Below, piece by piece: positions 16,888 to 24,720 of a stretch of DNA of 37,633 nucleotides. The DNA lies in NCBI GenBank assembly GCA_038232615.1, contig JBBSNO010000001.1, positions 1 to 37,633 on the forward strand, read 5' to 3'. Made by a program: the position numbers and the translations under genes. Position 1 is the stretch's first letter, and each line of letters starts with the position of its first letter. Under the pieces are notes generated by a model that saw nothing but the letters and a program-made list of their open reading frames with translations, did not search any database and was not told where the DNA came from. This DNA comes from Actinomycetales bacterium (lineage in GTDB: Bacteria > Actinomycetota > Actinomycetes > Actinomycetales > DASROP01).

Positions 16888-18150
16888 ATGTTGGAGGAGT
16901 ACTTCGTCAGGCCGGCGACGGTCGATCGGATCCGCGGGTCCTGGATCGCCGCAGAGATCGAGAACTACCTGGTGTGGATGGTCGAACGGGGTTACAGCCC
17001 CAAGAGCATCTGGCGTCGAGTCCCGATCGCCTTCGCGTTCGGCGAGTTCGCTGGTGCGCGAGGGGCGAGCGGGATCGGCGAGTTGCCAGCGCAAGTCGAG
17101 ATGTTCGTGGCCGATCGGGTGAGGCGCCACGGAGCCCGCACGGGGTCGACGCGGCCGATGTCGAAGGAGGTCCGGGGTCCTGTCGAGCAGATGCTCTCGG
17201 TTGTGCTCCCTGGCTTCGAGCCCAGCGGCCGGCCGCAGCACGCCCAGCCCTTCGTCGATGTCGTCCCTGGCTTCTTCGACTACCTGGTCGAGGAGCGTGG
17301 CCTTCGCCCGGCCTCGGTGCTTGGCTACCGCCATCATCTCGACCGGTTTGAGGCATACCTGCGAAGGATCGGTGTCGAGTCGATCCGGGAGCTCTCCCCG
17401 ACGATCCTGAGCGCCTTCGTTGTCGAGCGCGCCGCCGCGGGGCTGGCCAAGAGCACGGTGCGCGATGGTGCTGGTGTGCTGCGGGTGTTCCTGCGCTACG
17501 CCCACCGAGAAGGTGTCCTGGTCACCGACCTGAGCGCCGCCGTCGGGTGGCCGCAGGTCTACCGGCTCTCGACCATCCCCCGTTCCATCTCCTGGGACGA
17601 CGTCAACCGGGTCCTGGCCGGGGTCGACCGCAGGACCGCGGCGGGCAGGCGCGACTTCGCCATCTTGCTCCTGCTGGTCACCTACGGCCTGCGCGGCCGC
17701 GAGATCGCCGCGCTCACCCTGGACGACATCGACTGGAAGCGTGAGCGCCTGGCGATCCCCGAGCGCAAAGCCGGCCACTCCACGGCGTTTCCCCTCTCCG
17801 CCGTGGTCGGCGAGGCCATCCTGGACTATCTCCAACACGGACGTCCCGCGACGGCCGATCGCCACGTGTTCTTCCGGGCCACAGCTCCCCGCCAGCCGAT
17901 CGGCGCTGCCGGGGTGTCGTCGCGGGCCCGCCACTACCTGCTCAAGGCAGGTGTCGACGTCCCCCGGCCGGGCTCGCACACCTTGCGCCACTGCGCGGTG
18001 CAGCGTCTCGTCGATGCGCACTTCGACCTGAAGACGATCGGGGACTTCGTCGGGCACCGCTCGGCACGATCGACCGAGGTCTACGCCAAGGTCGCCGTCG
18101 AGGCGTTGCGCGAGGTCGCCCTGGGCGACGGTGAGGCGGTCCTGTCATGA
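16888..18150 (+). CDS. ritA: Tyrosine recombinase, RIT element first gene (RitA-like, long N-terminal domain)
   Basis: 420 aa. GGAGAGAGGAAG RBS 8 nt upstream of ATG 16888. Catalytic Arg in YGLRGREIAAL, HTLRHCAV (HxxR), FVGHRSARSTEVYAKV (His and Tyr). Confidence 0.88.
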   Translation: MLEEYFVRPATVDRIRGSWIAAEIENYLVWMVERGYSPKSIWRRVPIAFAFGEFAGARGASGIGELPAQVEMFVADRVRRHGARTGSTRPMSKEVRGPVEQMLSVVLPGFEPSGRPQHAQPFVDVVPGFFDYLVEERGLRPASVLGYRHHLDRFEAYLRRIGVESIRELSPTILSAFVVERAAAGLAKSTVRDGAGVLRVFLRYAHREGVLVTDLSAAVGWPQVYRLSTIPRSISWDDVNRVLAGVDRRTAAGRRDFAILLLLVTYGLRGREIAALTLDDIDWKRERLAIPERKAGHSTAFPLSAVVGEAILDYLQHGRPATADRHVFFRATAPRQPIGAAGVSSRARHYLLKAGVDVPRPGSHTLRHCAVQRLVDAHFDLKTIGDFVGHRSARSTEVYAKVAVEALREVALGDGEAVLS

Positions 18151-19112
18151 ACGACAGCCTCGTCACCGCCGTCGCCGACTTCTTGGCCCACAAGCGGGCC
18201 CTCGGCCGCAAGTATCTGACCGAGGAGGCGACGCTGCGTCTGCTCCTGGCCTTTACCAGCCAGCACGGGGTGCAGGACCTGGGTCAGCTCACACCCTGCC
18301 TGCTCGATGAGTTCGTCGCCTCCAGGCCCAGGGAGCGAGCCCGCAGCTTCAACCACCTCGTCGGGATCCTCGGCTGCTTCCTGGACTGGGCCGTGACCCA
18401 GCAGCGCCTGGATACGTCGCCGTTGCGCAGCACCCGGCGACGGGACACGGCCCGGCGCCTGCCGTTCCTCTTCGACGCCCCCCGCGCCCGCCAGGTACTC
18501 GAGGCGGCCGCGGCCCTTCCCGACAATGCCAGGGCCACCGATCGCGGGCCGACCTACCACGCCATCTTTGCCCTCTGCTACGGCCTCGGGCTCAGAGCCG
18601 GAGAGGCGTGCGGCCTGCGCGTGGGCGACGTCGACGTCGACCGGCAGCTCCTGGTCGTGCGCGGTGGCAAGTTCGGCAAGAGCCGCCTGGTCCCCCACGG
18701 GCCGCGCCTGGGCAACCTCCTGGCCCGCCAGCTCGACCGCCGAAGGAGCGACGGCACCCCAGAACCTGACGCGCCGCTGTTCAGCTTCGACGGTCGGCGC
18801 AGCGTCCACCCCGGTAGCGCGAGCCAGACCTTCCACCGGCTCGTCGTCGAGCTGGCCTTCCGGGCCCCGGACGGCGTCGAGCCGCCCCATCTTCACTGCC
18901 TGCGTCATTCTTTCGCCGTCGGGTGCCTGCTGCGGTGGTATCGGGACGGTCTCGACCCCTCGACGCGCCTCTACCAGCTCTCGACGTTCATGGGCCACGT
19001 CGACCCCACCTCCACCGCCATCTACCTGACCATCACCCCCGAACTGCTCGTCGAGGCCAACCGGCGATTCGAAGCCTTCGCCGAGCCGGCATGGTCGAAG
19101 GCCAAGCCGTGA
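18147..19112 (+). CDS. ritB: Tyrosine recombinase, RIT element second gene (RitB-like)
   Basis: 321 aa. ATGA overlap with the ritA stop. GLGLRAGEACGL, HCLRHSFAV, FMGHVDPTSTAIYLT. Confidence 0.88.
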   Translation: MNDSLVTAVADFLAHKRALGRKYLTEEATLRLLLAFTSQHGVQDLGQLTPCLLDEFVASRPRERARSFNHLVGILGCFLDWAVTQQRLDTSPLRSTRRRDTARRLPFLFDAPRARQVLEAAAALPDNARATDRGPTYHAIFALCYGLGLRAGEACGLRVGDVDVDRQLLVVRGGKFGKSRLVPHGPRLGNLLARQLDRRRSDGTPEPDAPLFSFDGRRSVHPGSASQTFHRLVVELAFRAPDGVEPPHLHCLRHSFAVGCLLRWYRDGLDPSTRLYQLSTFMGHVDPTSTAIYLTITPELLVEANRRFEAFAEPAWSKAKP

Positions 19113-20119
19113 CCGGCACGCGGCCGCTGGGGCCGCTGGTCCACTCCTTCTTCATCGACCACCTGGTCACCGTGAAGGGGCTGCGGCCCGCGTCGGTGCG
19201 CAGCTACCGCGACACCATCCGGCTCCTGCTGTGCTTCGTGGCCCAGGACAGGAGAACGAAGATCACCAAACTCACCGTCGAGGACCTGAGCTTCGAGCGG
19301 GTCCTGGGCTTCCTGCGCCACCTGGAGGACGACCGCCACAATCATGTCCGGACCCGCAACCAGCGACTGGCGGTGGTGCACACCCTGTTCGACTACATCG
19401 CCAGCCGAGACCCGCAGATGCTCGGCGTCTGCCAGCAGGTGACGGCCATCCCGATGAAGCGGGCAGCCCCCGCCCAGACGCACTTCCTCGAGCGCGACGA
19501 GGTGGAGGCGCTGCTGCGGCACCTGCCCCGCACGGGTCGCCTCGCACTGCGAGACCACGCCCTGCTCCTGTTCCTCTACAACACCGGAGCGCGGGCCCAG
19601 GAAGTGGCCGACCTGCGAGCCGGACACCTCGAGCTCGGAGAAGCCGGCGTAGTCCGCCTCCACGGCAAGGGCGACAAGTGGCGGACCTGCCCACTATGGG
19701 GCCAGACAACGGAACTGCTGGCCGAGCTGCTCGACGCGTCCAACAACCTCCCCCCGATGGACGCCCCCGTCTTCTGTTCGGCGACGGGCGAGGCCCTGAC
19801 GCGGTTCGGCATCTACAAGATCGTGCGGCGCCACGCCGGGCACCTTGACGACCCTCGCACCAACCGCCGGGTCAGTCCACACATCTTCCGCCACACCGCA
19901 GCAATGCACTTGCTCGAGGCCGGCGTCGAGGTGAACGTCATCCGTGGCTGGCTCGGGCACGCCGACCTCACCACGACGAACCGCTACGCCGAGATCAACA
20001 CCAGAGCAAAGATCGAGGCACTTCGAAACACCGAACCGCCCGGTGTTTCGGCGGGACCCCGCACTCGTCCCGTCTGGCGCTCCGACGAGTCGCTGCTCAA
20101 CTGGCTGTCCTCCCTCTGA
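19109..20119 (+). CDS. ritC: Tyrosine recombinase, RIT element third gene (RitC-like)
   Basis: 336 aa from GTG 19109 (GTGA overlap with the ritB stop, GAAGG 7 nt upstream). ATG 19091 is an alternative start. NTGARAQEVADL, HIFRHTAAMHLL, WLGHADLTTTNRYAEI. Confidence 0.86.
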   Translation: MTGTRPLGPLVHSFFIDHLVTVKGLRPASVRSYRDTIRLLLCFVAQDRRTKITKLTVEDLSFERVLGFLRHLEDDRHNHVRTRNQRLAVVHTLFDYIASRDPQMLGVCQQVTAIPMKRAAPAQTHFLERDEVEALLRHLPRTGRLALRDHALLLFLYNTGARAQEVADLRAGHLELGEAGVVRLHGKGDKWRTCPLWGQTTELLAELLDASNNLPPMDAPVFCSATGEALTRFGIYKIVRRHAGHLDDPRTNRRVSPHIFRHTAAMHLLEAGVEVNVIRGWLGHADLTTTNRYAEINTRAKIEALRNTEPPGVSAGPRTRPVWRSDESLLNWLSSL

Positions 20120-20120
20120 T

Positions 20121-20135
20121 CGTTATGTGGCCGGT
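20121..20135 (+). repeat. RIT right subterminal motif copy R1 (CGTTATGTGGCCGGT)
   Basis: Starts 2 nt after the ritC stop codon. Forms an inverted pair with R2 (20175-20189) across a 39-nt spacer that contains a small TGATC-CCAA-GATCA hairpin. Confidence 0.85.
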
Positions 20136-20176
20136 GGCGGAACGTTGATCCCAAGATCACTGGCATCGGCCGTCAC

Positions 20177-20205
20177 CGGCCACATAACGCGGGCGGGCAC
20201 AGAAC
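20177..20205 (-). repeat. RIT right terminal inverted repeat (contains motif copy R2, 20175-20189)
   Basis: Perfect reverse complement of 16736-16764. Confidence 0.9.
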
Positions 20206-20853
20206 CTGGACAACGTGGTCACGACGGTCGCGGCGTTCCTCGCCGCCGGGTGCTGCGTCGCCACGGGCCTGCGGGCCCGCACGCGTGCCCGCGCTGCCTG
20301 GTGGCTGCTGGGCTCGTCCGCCGGGTCGTGGGGGGCGGGTCAGGCGCACTGGTCGGTCAACGAGCTGCTCCTGCACAACCCCGTCCCCTTCCCGTCCCTG
20401 GCGGACGCCGGCTTCCTCGGGTTCCCCGTGCTCGCGGCGGCGGGCCTCTGGCTGACGGCCGGGCGCGCGATCACCTCCGCGTCGCGGCTGCGTGCCGGGA
20501 TGGACGGCGCCCTGGTCGCGGCCGGGGTCTTCACGGCGTCCTGGACGACGGTGCTCGGCCCGGTCTACCGCGGCGGCGCCGACACCCCGTTCGCAGTGGT
20601 CATCTCGGTCGCCTACCCCGTGGGTGACGTGCTCCTCGTCGCCCTCTCGCTCCTGCTGCTCTCCCGCGTCCGTGGCCGACGGCCTCTACGCCCTGGAGGG
20701 GGTGACGGAGTGGTCTCGGTGAGGGTCAGTGTCGGCATCGCCGGCATCGTCCCGGGCGCCGACCTCGACTCGGCAGCCGAGATGCTGATGCGGACGGCCG
20801 ACCACGCCATGTACGCCGACAAGACGGTCCAGAAGATCAGCGCCGACGTCTGA
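20206..20853 (+). pseudogene. 3' fragment of the interrupted membrane-sensor GGDEF gene, additionally carrying an internal deletion
   Basis: The membrane domain (AAWWLLGSSAGSWGAGQAHWSVNELLL..PFPSLADAGFLGFPVLAAAGL...) joins directly to the extreme C-terminus of a GGDEF domain (VSVGIAGIVPGADLDSAAEMLMRTADHAMYADK). The GGDEF motif and most of the domain are absent. Confidence 0.65.
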
Positions 20854-21292
20854 CGACCTGCGCCAGCAGGTCCGCCAGGGTGGGCGGGAAGACCGTCTCG
20901 GTGGTGGCCCGCAGATCGTCGGCCGGCCACCAGCGGTGCTCGAGCACGCTGTCGCGCTTGACCTGGCTCCATCCGGACGGGTCGGGTTCGAAGGCCGCGA
21001 CCCGCACCCCGTAGTAGACGTTGGACTGCACGATGCGACGGCCCATGAAGGTGAAGTCGGAGTCCGTCTCCCCGAGCACCGGCCCGAGGCCGGCCAGGGC
21101 GAGGCCGGTCTCCTCACGGACCTCACGTCGCGCGGCGGCCTCGTCGTCCTCGCCGTCGTCCAGGCCCCCGCCAGGGGTGAACCACCAGGACCCACCGTCC
21201 GGTCGGTGCGGATCGCAACCTCGAAGGAGCAGGACGCGCCCCTGCTCGTCGACGAGCAGGACGCGGGCGGCGCGACGGACGAGGACGGACAT
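20837..21292 (-). CDS. NUDIX hydrolase
   Basis: 151 aa. Nudix box GGGLDDGEDDEAAARREVREETGL (GX5EX7REUXEEXGU). Confidence 0.85.
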   Translation of the reverse strand: MSVLVRRAARVLLVDEQGRVLLLRGCDPHRPDGGSWWFTPGGGLDDGEDDEAAARREVREETGLALAGLGPVLGETDSDFTFMGRRIVQSNVYYGVRVAAFEPDPSGWSQVKRDSVLEHRWWPADDLRATTETVFPPTLADLLAQVVRRRR

Positions 21293-21302
21293 CCCGGCGA
21301 TG

Positions 21303-21500
21303 CTAGGCGTTGATGCTGACCGGCGTGCCCAGCGGCAGCCCGACGTCCTCGACCATCCGCGTGATCACGTCGTTGGTCAGGCGCAGGCAGCCGCTGCTGA
21401 CGTCGGTACCGACCAGCTCCCGGGCGTTGGTGCCGTGGATGCCGATGACGCCGTCCCCGCCGGCGAAGCGGGACGGTGCGCGGTCGCACCCGCTGCCCAC
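21303..21500 (-). pseudogene. 3' remnant of an L,D-transpeptidase (YkuD domain) gene
   Basis: Only the C-terminal catalytic block remains: GVIGIHGTNARELVGTDVSSGCLRLTNDVITRMVEDVGLPLGTPVSI (His...SxGC(L/I)R motif). There is no room for the N-terminal part, because that space is occupied by plus-strand sigma/anti-sigma sequence. The upper boundary is approximate. Confidence 0.6.
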
Positions 21501-21504
21501 CGAG

Positions 21505-21756
21505 TCCCGGGCCTCGTCCGACCCTGGCCCGCTCGAGCAGCTGCTGGACGGCGAGGAGCAGCAGGCCCTGCGGGTGGCGTTCGAGCGCCTCGCGCCGGGA
21601 GACCAGGAGGTGCTGGAGCTGCCTCTGGTCGGCGGACTGAGCGCGGCCGGAGCCACCCAGGTGCTCGGCCGCCGCGAGGGAGCGGTCCGGATGGCCCAGT
21701 CGAGGGCGCTGGTGCGGCTTCGACGCCTGCTGGAGGAGGTGCACGGTGAACGGTGA
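21505..21756 (+). pseudogene. 3' remnant of an ECF sigma factor gene (region 4 only)
   Basis: LRVAFERLAPGDQEVLELPLVGGLSAAGATQVLGRREGAVRMAQSRALVRLRRLL is a sigma-70 region 4 HTH. Region 2 is missing and there is no in-frame start. The lower boundary is approximate. Confidence 0.6.
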
Positions 21757-22376
21757 CGACGAGCTGATCGAACCGCTGTCACGCGCCGTGGCGCCCTCAC
21801 CCGCGAACCCCGATGCGGCACGGGTGGCGCAGGTCCGTCGCCTCGCGAACGAGCACCTTTCGCGTCGGGACACTGCCCAGCCGCCGACCGCCGGGCGGGA
21901 CCGTGGCCGCCGCACGCTCGTCGCCCTGGCCGCCGTCGCTGCCGCCGCCGTCCTGGTTGCCGGTGGCGCCGTCCTGGGTGCCGGTGGCGCCGTCCTGGGT
22001 GACCGGGTCGGTGGGACCGAACGTGGTCGGGAGGAGTTCGACGCCGCGCTGGCGGGTGCTGCCGGGGCCGCCACGGTGGAGGGCGAGCTCGTCGACCGGG
22101 CGCATCGTGCGCTTCGACAGCGATGACCTACCGGTGCTGCCCAAGGGCGAGTTCTACGAGCTGTGGTTCCTCGCGCCGGGCGACGACGCGGGCGATCCCC
22201 GCCGGATCTCGGCGGGGACCTTCCACCCGGACGAGCAGTTTCGTTCCCACGTCACGCTGTTCGCCGCGGTGGACCCGACGGTCCACGGTCAGGTCGCGGT
22301 CACGGCCGAGCCGGGGGACGGTGACCCCGACCCGGCCGAGACCCCGGTCCTCACAGGATCCCTACGCCTGAACTGA
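21746..22376 (+). pseudogene. RskA-like anti-sigma factor gene, frameshifted
   Basis: The N-terminal part with the TM helix (LVALAAVAAAAVLVAGGAVLG) is in the frame of 21746. The RskA-type extracytoplasmic domain (LPVLPKGEFYELWFLAPG...ISAGTF...VAVTAEPGDG) is in the frame of ORF 21813..22376. The frames switch near 22097-22103. Confidence 0.65.
21959..22000 (+). repeat. Perfect 21-bp in-frame tandem duplication inside the anti-sigma TM segment
   Basis: GCCGGTGGCGCCGTCCTGGGT occurs twice (21959-21979, 21980-22000), encoding AGGAVLG-AGGAVLG. Confidence 0.9.
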
Positions 22377-23850
22377 TGTCGCGTGCGCGGAGCTCGAGCG
22401 GCGAGGGCCGGTCGAGGATCGGGGCGATGGCACCGGTGTCACCGAGGTCCTCACCCGGCAGGTCAGCCTGGTAGACGTCGATCCCTCGCGCCAGGTCGGC
22501 GGTGTAGATGAAGTTCGTCTTCTTGCCGGTCGCCTGACCCTTGGCGTTGCGCTCGGGGACGAAGTAGGCGTCCCACACCTCGGTACCGCCACCGGTGGCG
22601 TACCCGTACTGCTGGATGTTGCGCGGGTCGCGGATGTCGACCAGGCGCAGACCTGCCTGGTAGAAGCCCTGGGCGATGATGCCGCTCTGGTGGTAGTCGA
22701 ACCAGTGGGCCGAGCAGAACGCGCCCGCGGGCAGGCTCAGCCCGCCGCCGAACTCGGCCGGCACGTTCGAGGCGTCGAGCGGCGAGATCGTCCCGCTGCC
22801 GGGCGTCTCGGGGGCACCGGACCGGAAGTCCTCGCCGTTGAGGTCCTCGACCCACCAGGTCTGGACGCTGCCCGCCCGCTCGCAGATCACCTCGTCGCCG
22901 TCGTTGAAGTAGTCCTCCTCGGTGACGATCAGGACGTTGCCGTTCTTCAGGCTCGGCTCGGCGCCGGCCTTGAACTTGTCGCCGTTGGGCCGCAGCGAGT
23001 TGTGGTGGATGAAGTCGTTCCAGCCGGGTGCGATGCCGTTCTCGTCCGTCGCGTTCACCGGGACGGGGGCGGCGGGGTTGCGGACATCGAACACGGCGGT
23101 GCCGCCGGAGCCGGTGTGCCACCCCAGGCCGGCGCCGTCGAAGTTCCACTCGTGGCCGGCGCCCCTGGTGAACGTGGCGTTCGGGCCCGCTGCCGAGGAC
23201 ACGTGGGTCCCGGCCACCTCCGGGGCGTCCAGGTCGCGCAGGTCGATCACCGAGAACTCACCGTTGTCACCGGCGCTGTAGGCGTAGTTGCAGTTCCACT
23301 CGTCGACGCACGCCACGGTGTGCGTGCTGTTGTCCACGGCCACGCGCGAGCGGACGTGCGGGTTCGTCGGGTCGGTGACGTCGACCACGAGCAGCTCGCC
23401 ACCACCGACGTTGACGTGCTGGATGTCGGAGCTGCTCGCCTGGTACAGGTCGGCACCGACGAGGACGAACCGCTCGACCACGTCGCGCTTCGTGCGCCGT
23501 TCGCCGTAGGTCATCGCCTCGTTCTCGAACACGAGGTTGTCGACGGTCCCGGTGAGCACGGGGTTCGCCGGGTCGGACGTGTCGAAGACGCTGATGCTGT
23601 CGAGGCTCGATGCGTAGAAGTACGGGCCGGTCTTGGCGAAGGCCGCGGAGATCATCCCCGTCTCGTACGGCACGGTGTTCACCAGCCTGACGCCGGGACT
23701 GGTCACCAGCGGTACCTGTAGCCCTGCCTGCTCCTGCTGCTTGGCGTCCGGTCCGTACGCGCCGGCGACGCCGGAGGACAGGACGAGGGCGCCGGCCGTG
23801 AGCGTCGCCAGGGCGGCGCTGCGGCGGGCGATAGAACGAAATCCGGCCAC
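22351..23850 (-). CDS. Secreted LVIVD-repeat beta-propeller protein
   Basis: Signal peptide VAGFRSIARRSAALATLTAGALVLSSGVAGA from GTG 23850 (GGAGG 8 nt upstream). Repeated hydrophobic-D-x-x-(D/N)P blocks: ISVFDTSDPANP, LLVVDVTDPTNP, FSVIDLRDLDAP, TAVFDVRNPAAP, LRLVDIRDPRNI. Confidence 0.8.
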   Translation of the reverse strand: MAGFRSIARRSAALATLTAGALVLSSGVAGAYGPDAKQQEQAGLQVPLVTSPGVRLVNTVPYETGMISAAFAKTGPYFYASSLDSISVFDTSDPANPVLTGTVDNLVFENEAMTYGERRTKRDVVERFVLVGADLYQASSSDIQHVNVGGGELLVVDVTDPTNPHVRSRVAVDNSTHTVACVDEWNCNYAYSAGDNGEFSVIDLRDLDAPEVAGTHVSSAAGPNATFTRGAGHEWNFDGAGLGWHTGSGGTAVFDVRNPAAPVPVNATDENGIAPGWNDFIHHNSLRPNGDKFKAGAEPSLKNGNVLIVTEEDYFNDGDEVICERAGSVQTWWVEDLNGEDFRSGAPETPGSGTISPLDASNVPAEFGGGLSLPAGAFCSAHWFDYHQSGIIAQGFYQAGLRLVDIRDPRNIQQYGYATGGGTEVWDAYFVPERNAKGQATGKKTNFIYTADLARGIDVYQADLPGEDLGDTGAIAPILDRPSPLELRARDISSGVGIL

Positions 23851-23919
23851 TTCTCTGACCTCCAGGTCCATGGGGCCGTTCGGCCCCGCTACCTGTCCAA
23901 CGAGCCGGCCGCCGAACGG

Positions 23920-24585
23920 TCACGCGGGGACGTGGCGGGACGATGAGCGCACCGAGGTCACGACGTCGTCGTCGAGCGAGGCCCGCACGCACGCAGCCAC
24001 CAGGCGGGGCAGGTCCTGCGCCGGCACCAGCTGCGCCAGGGAGCGCGGTGACACCGGCAGGCCCAGCGCTCGGGCGCCCGACGCGGCACGGTCGTCCACG
24101 AACGGCGCGAACTCGGGCCAGACGCCCTGGACCTCCCGGCAGAATACGGCCGACCCGAGCGGGCCGATGCCCGGCAGGTCCTGCAGCGCCCGGCGCAGGG
24201 TCTTGACGTCGCCGGCAGCCTCGGCCCGCAGCCGCCGCAGGTCGCCGTCCCACCTCTCGACGACCGCCAGCGCCCCGTCACCCAGCATCGTCGCCGCCCG
24301 CTCGTCGAAACGGCGGTACCCCGCACGACCCAGCGCCTCGACACGCTGGCGCCACGACGCGTCGGCCATCGCCCTGGCGGTGCGCAACCGTGACCTCGAC
24401 AGCTCCCGGGCCGCCGCCACGCCGAGCCCGGAGGAGATGCGGGCCGACAGCAGCACGGTCAGGACCAGCAGCCGGTACAAGGGGGACGGCGTGTCCCGGA
24501 GGCGGATGCCGGCCTGCTCCGCGTAGGTGGTCCCGTGTGCGTCGAGCAGTGCCGCGACCACTCGCACCCTGCGGTCGTCGACCAT
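23920..24585 (-). CDS. HhH-GPD superfamily (endonuclease III-like) protein
   Basis: 221 aa. Helix-hairpin-helix signature LQDLPGIGPLGSAVFCREV. The N-terminal helical bundle is typical of EndoIII-related proteins. No Fe-S Cys cluster is visible. Confidence 0.6.
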   Translation of the reverse strand: MVDDRRVRVVAALLDAHGTTYAEQAGIRLRDTPSPLYRLLVLTVLLSARISSGLGVAAARELSRSRLRTARAMADASWRQRVEALGRAGYRRFDERAATMLGDGALAVVERWDGDLRRLRAEAAGDVKTLRRALQDLPGIGPLGSAVFCREVQGVWPEFAPFVDDRAASGARALGLPVSPRSLAQLVPAQDLPRLVAACVRASLDDDVVTSVRSSSRHVPA

Positions 24586-24720
24586 GGCGACGACTCCTCT
24601 CCTCGGGGAGCACCATGCTGGACCGTCCGTGCGTCGCAGGCACCGCCGTCCACAGATCTTCTCGCCGCGGGCGCGACGGGCTGTCTGTGGACGACAGGCC
24701 GCGGGAACGCCCGCGGTGAC

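Larger units (their letters stand above)
16736..20205 (+). mobile_element. Recombinase-in-trio (RIT / tyrosine recombinase trio) element, 3470 bp, no cargo
   Basis: Three tandem tyrosine recombinase genes are flanked by perfect 29-bp terminal inverted repeats: GTTCTGTGCCCGCCCGCGTTATGTGGCCG at 16736-16764 and its reverse complement at 20177-20205. With one mismatch the repeats extend to 34 bp (16731-16764 / 20177-20210). Confidence 0.88.

Noticed and set aside
16704-16889. 61-aa minus-strand ORF inside the left end of the RIT element
   Set aside because: It lies entirely within the repeat-bearing non-coding end, has no RBS and shows no recognisable motif. It is likely spurious.
16736-20205. 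Interpreting the three recombinases as a prophage or integrative-element integrase cluster
   Set aside because: There are no phage, conjugation or cargo genes and no tRNA attachment site. The whole unit between the perfect terminal repeats is only the three genes, which fits the trio-element architecture instead.
20686-22074. 462-aa minus-strand ORF across the NUDIX/ldt/sigma region
   Set aside because: It is a low-complexity Arg/Ala/Pro translation that overlaps features with recognisable motifs in other frames.
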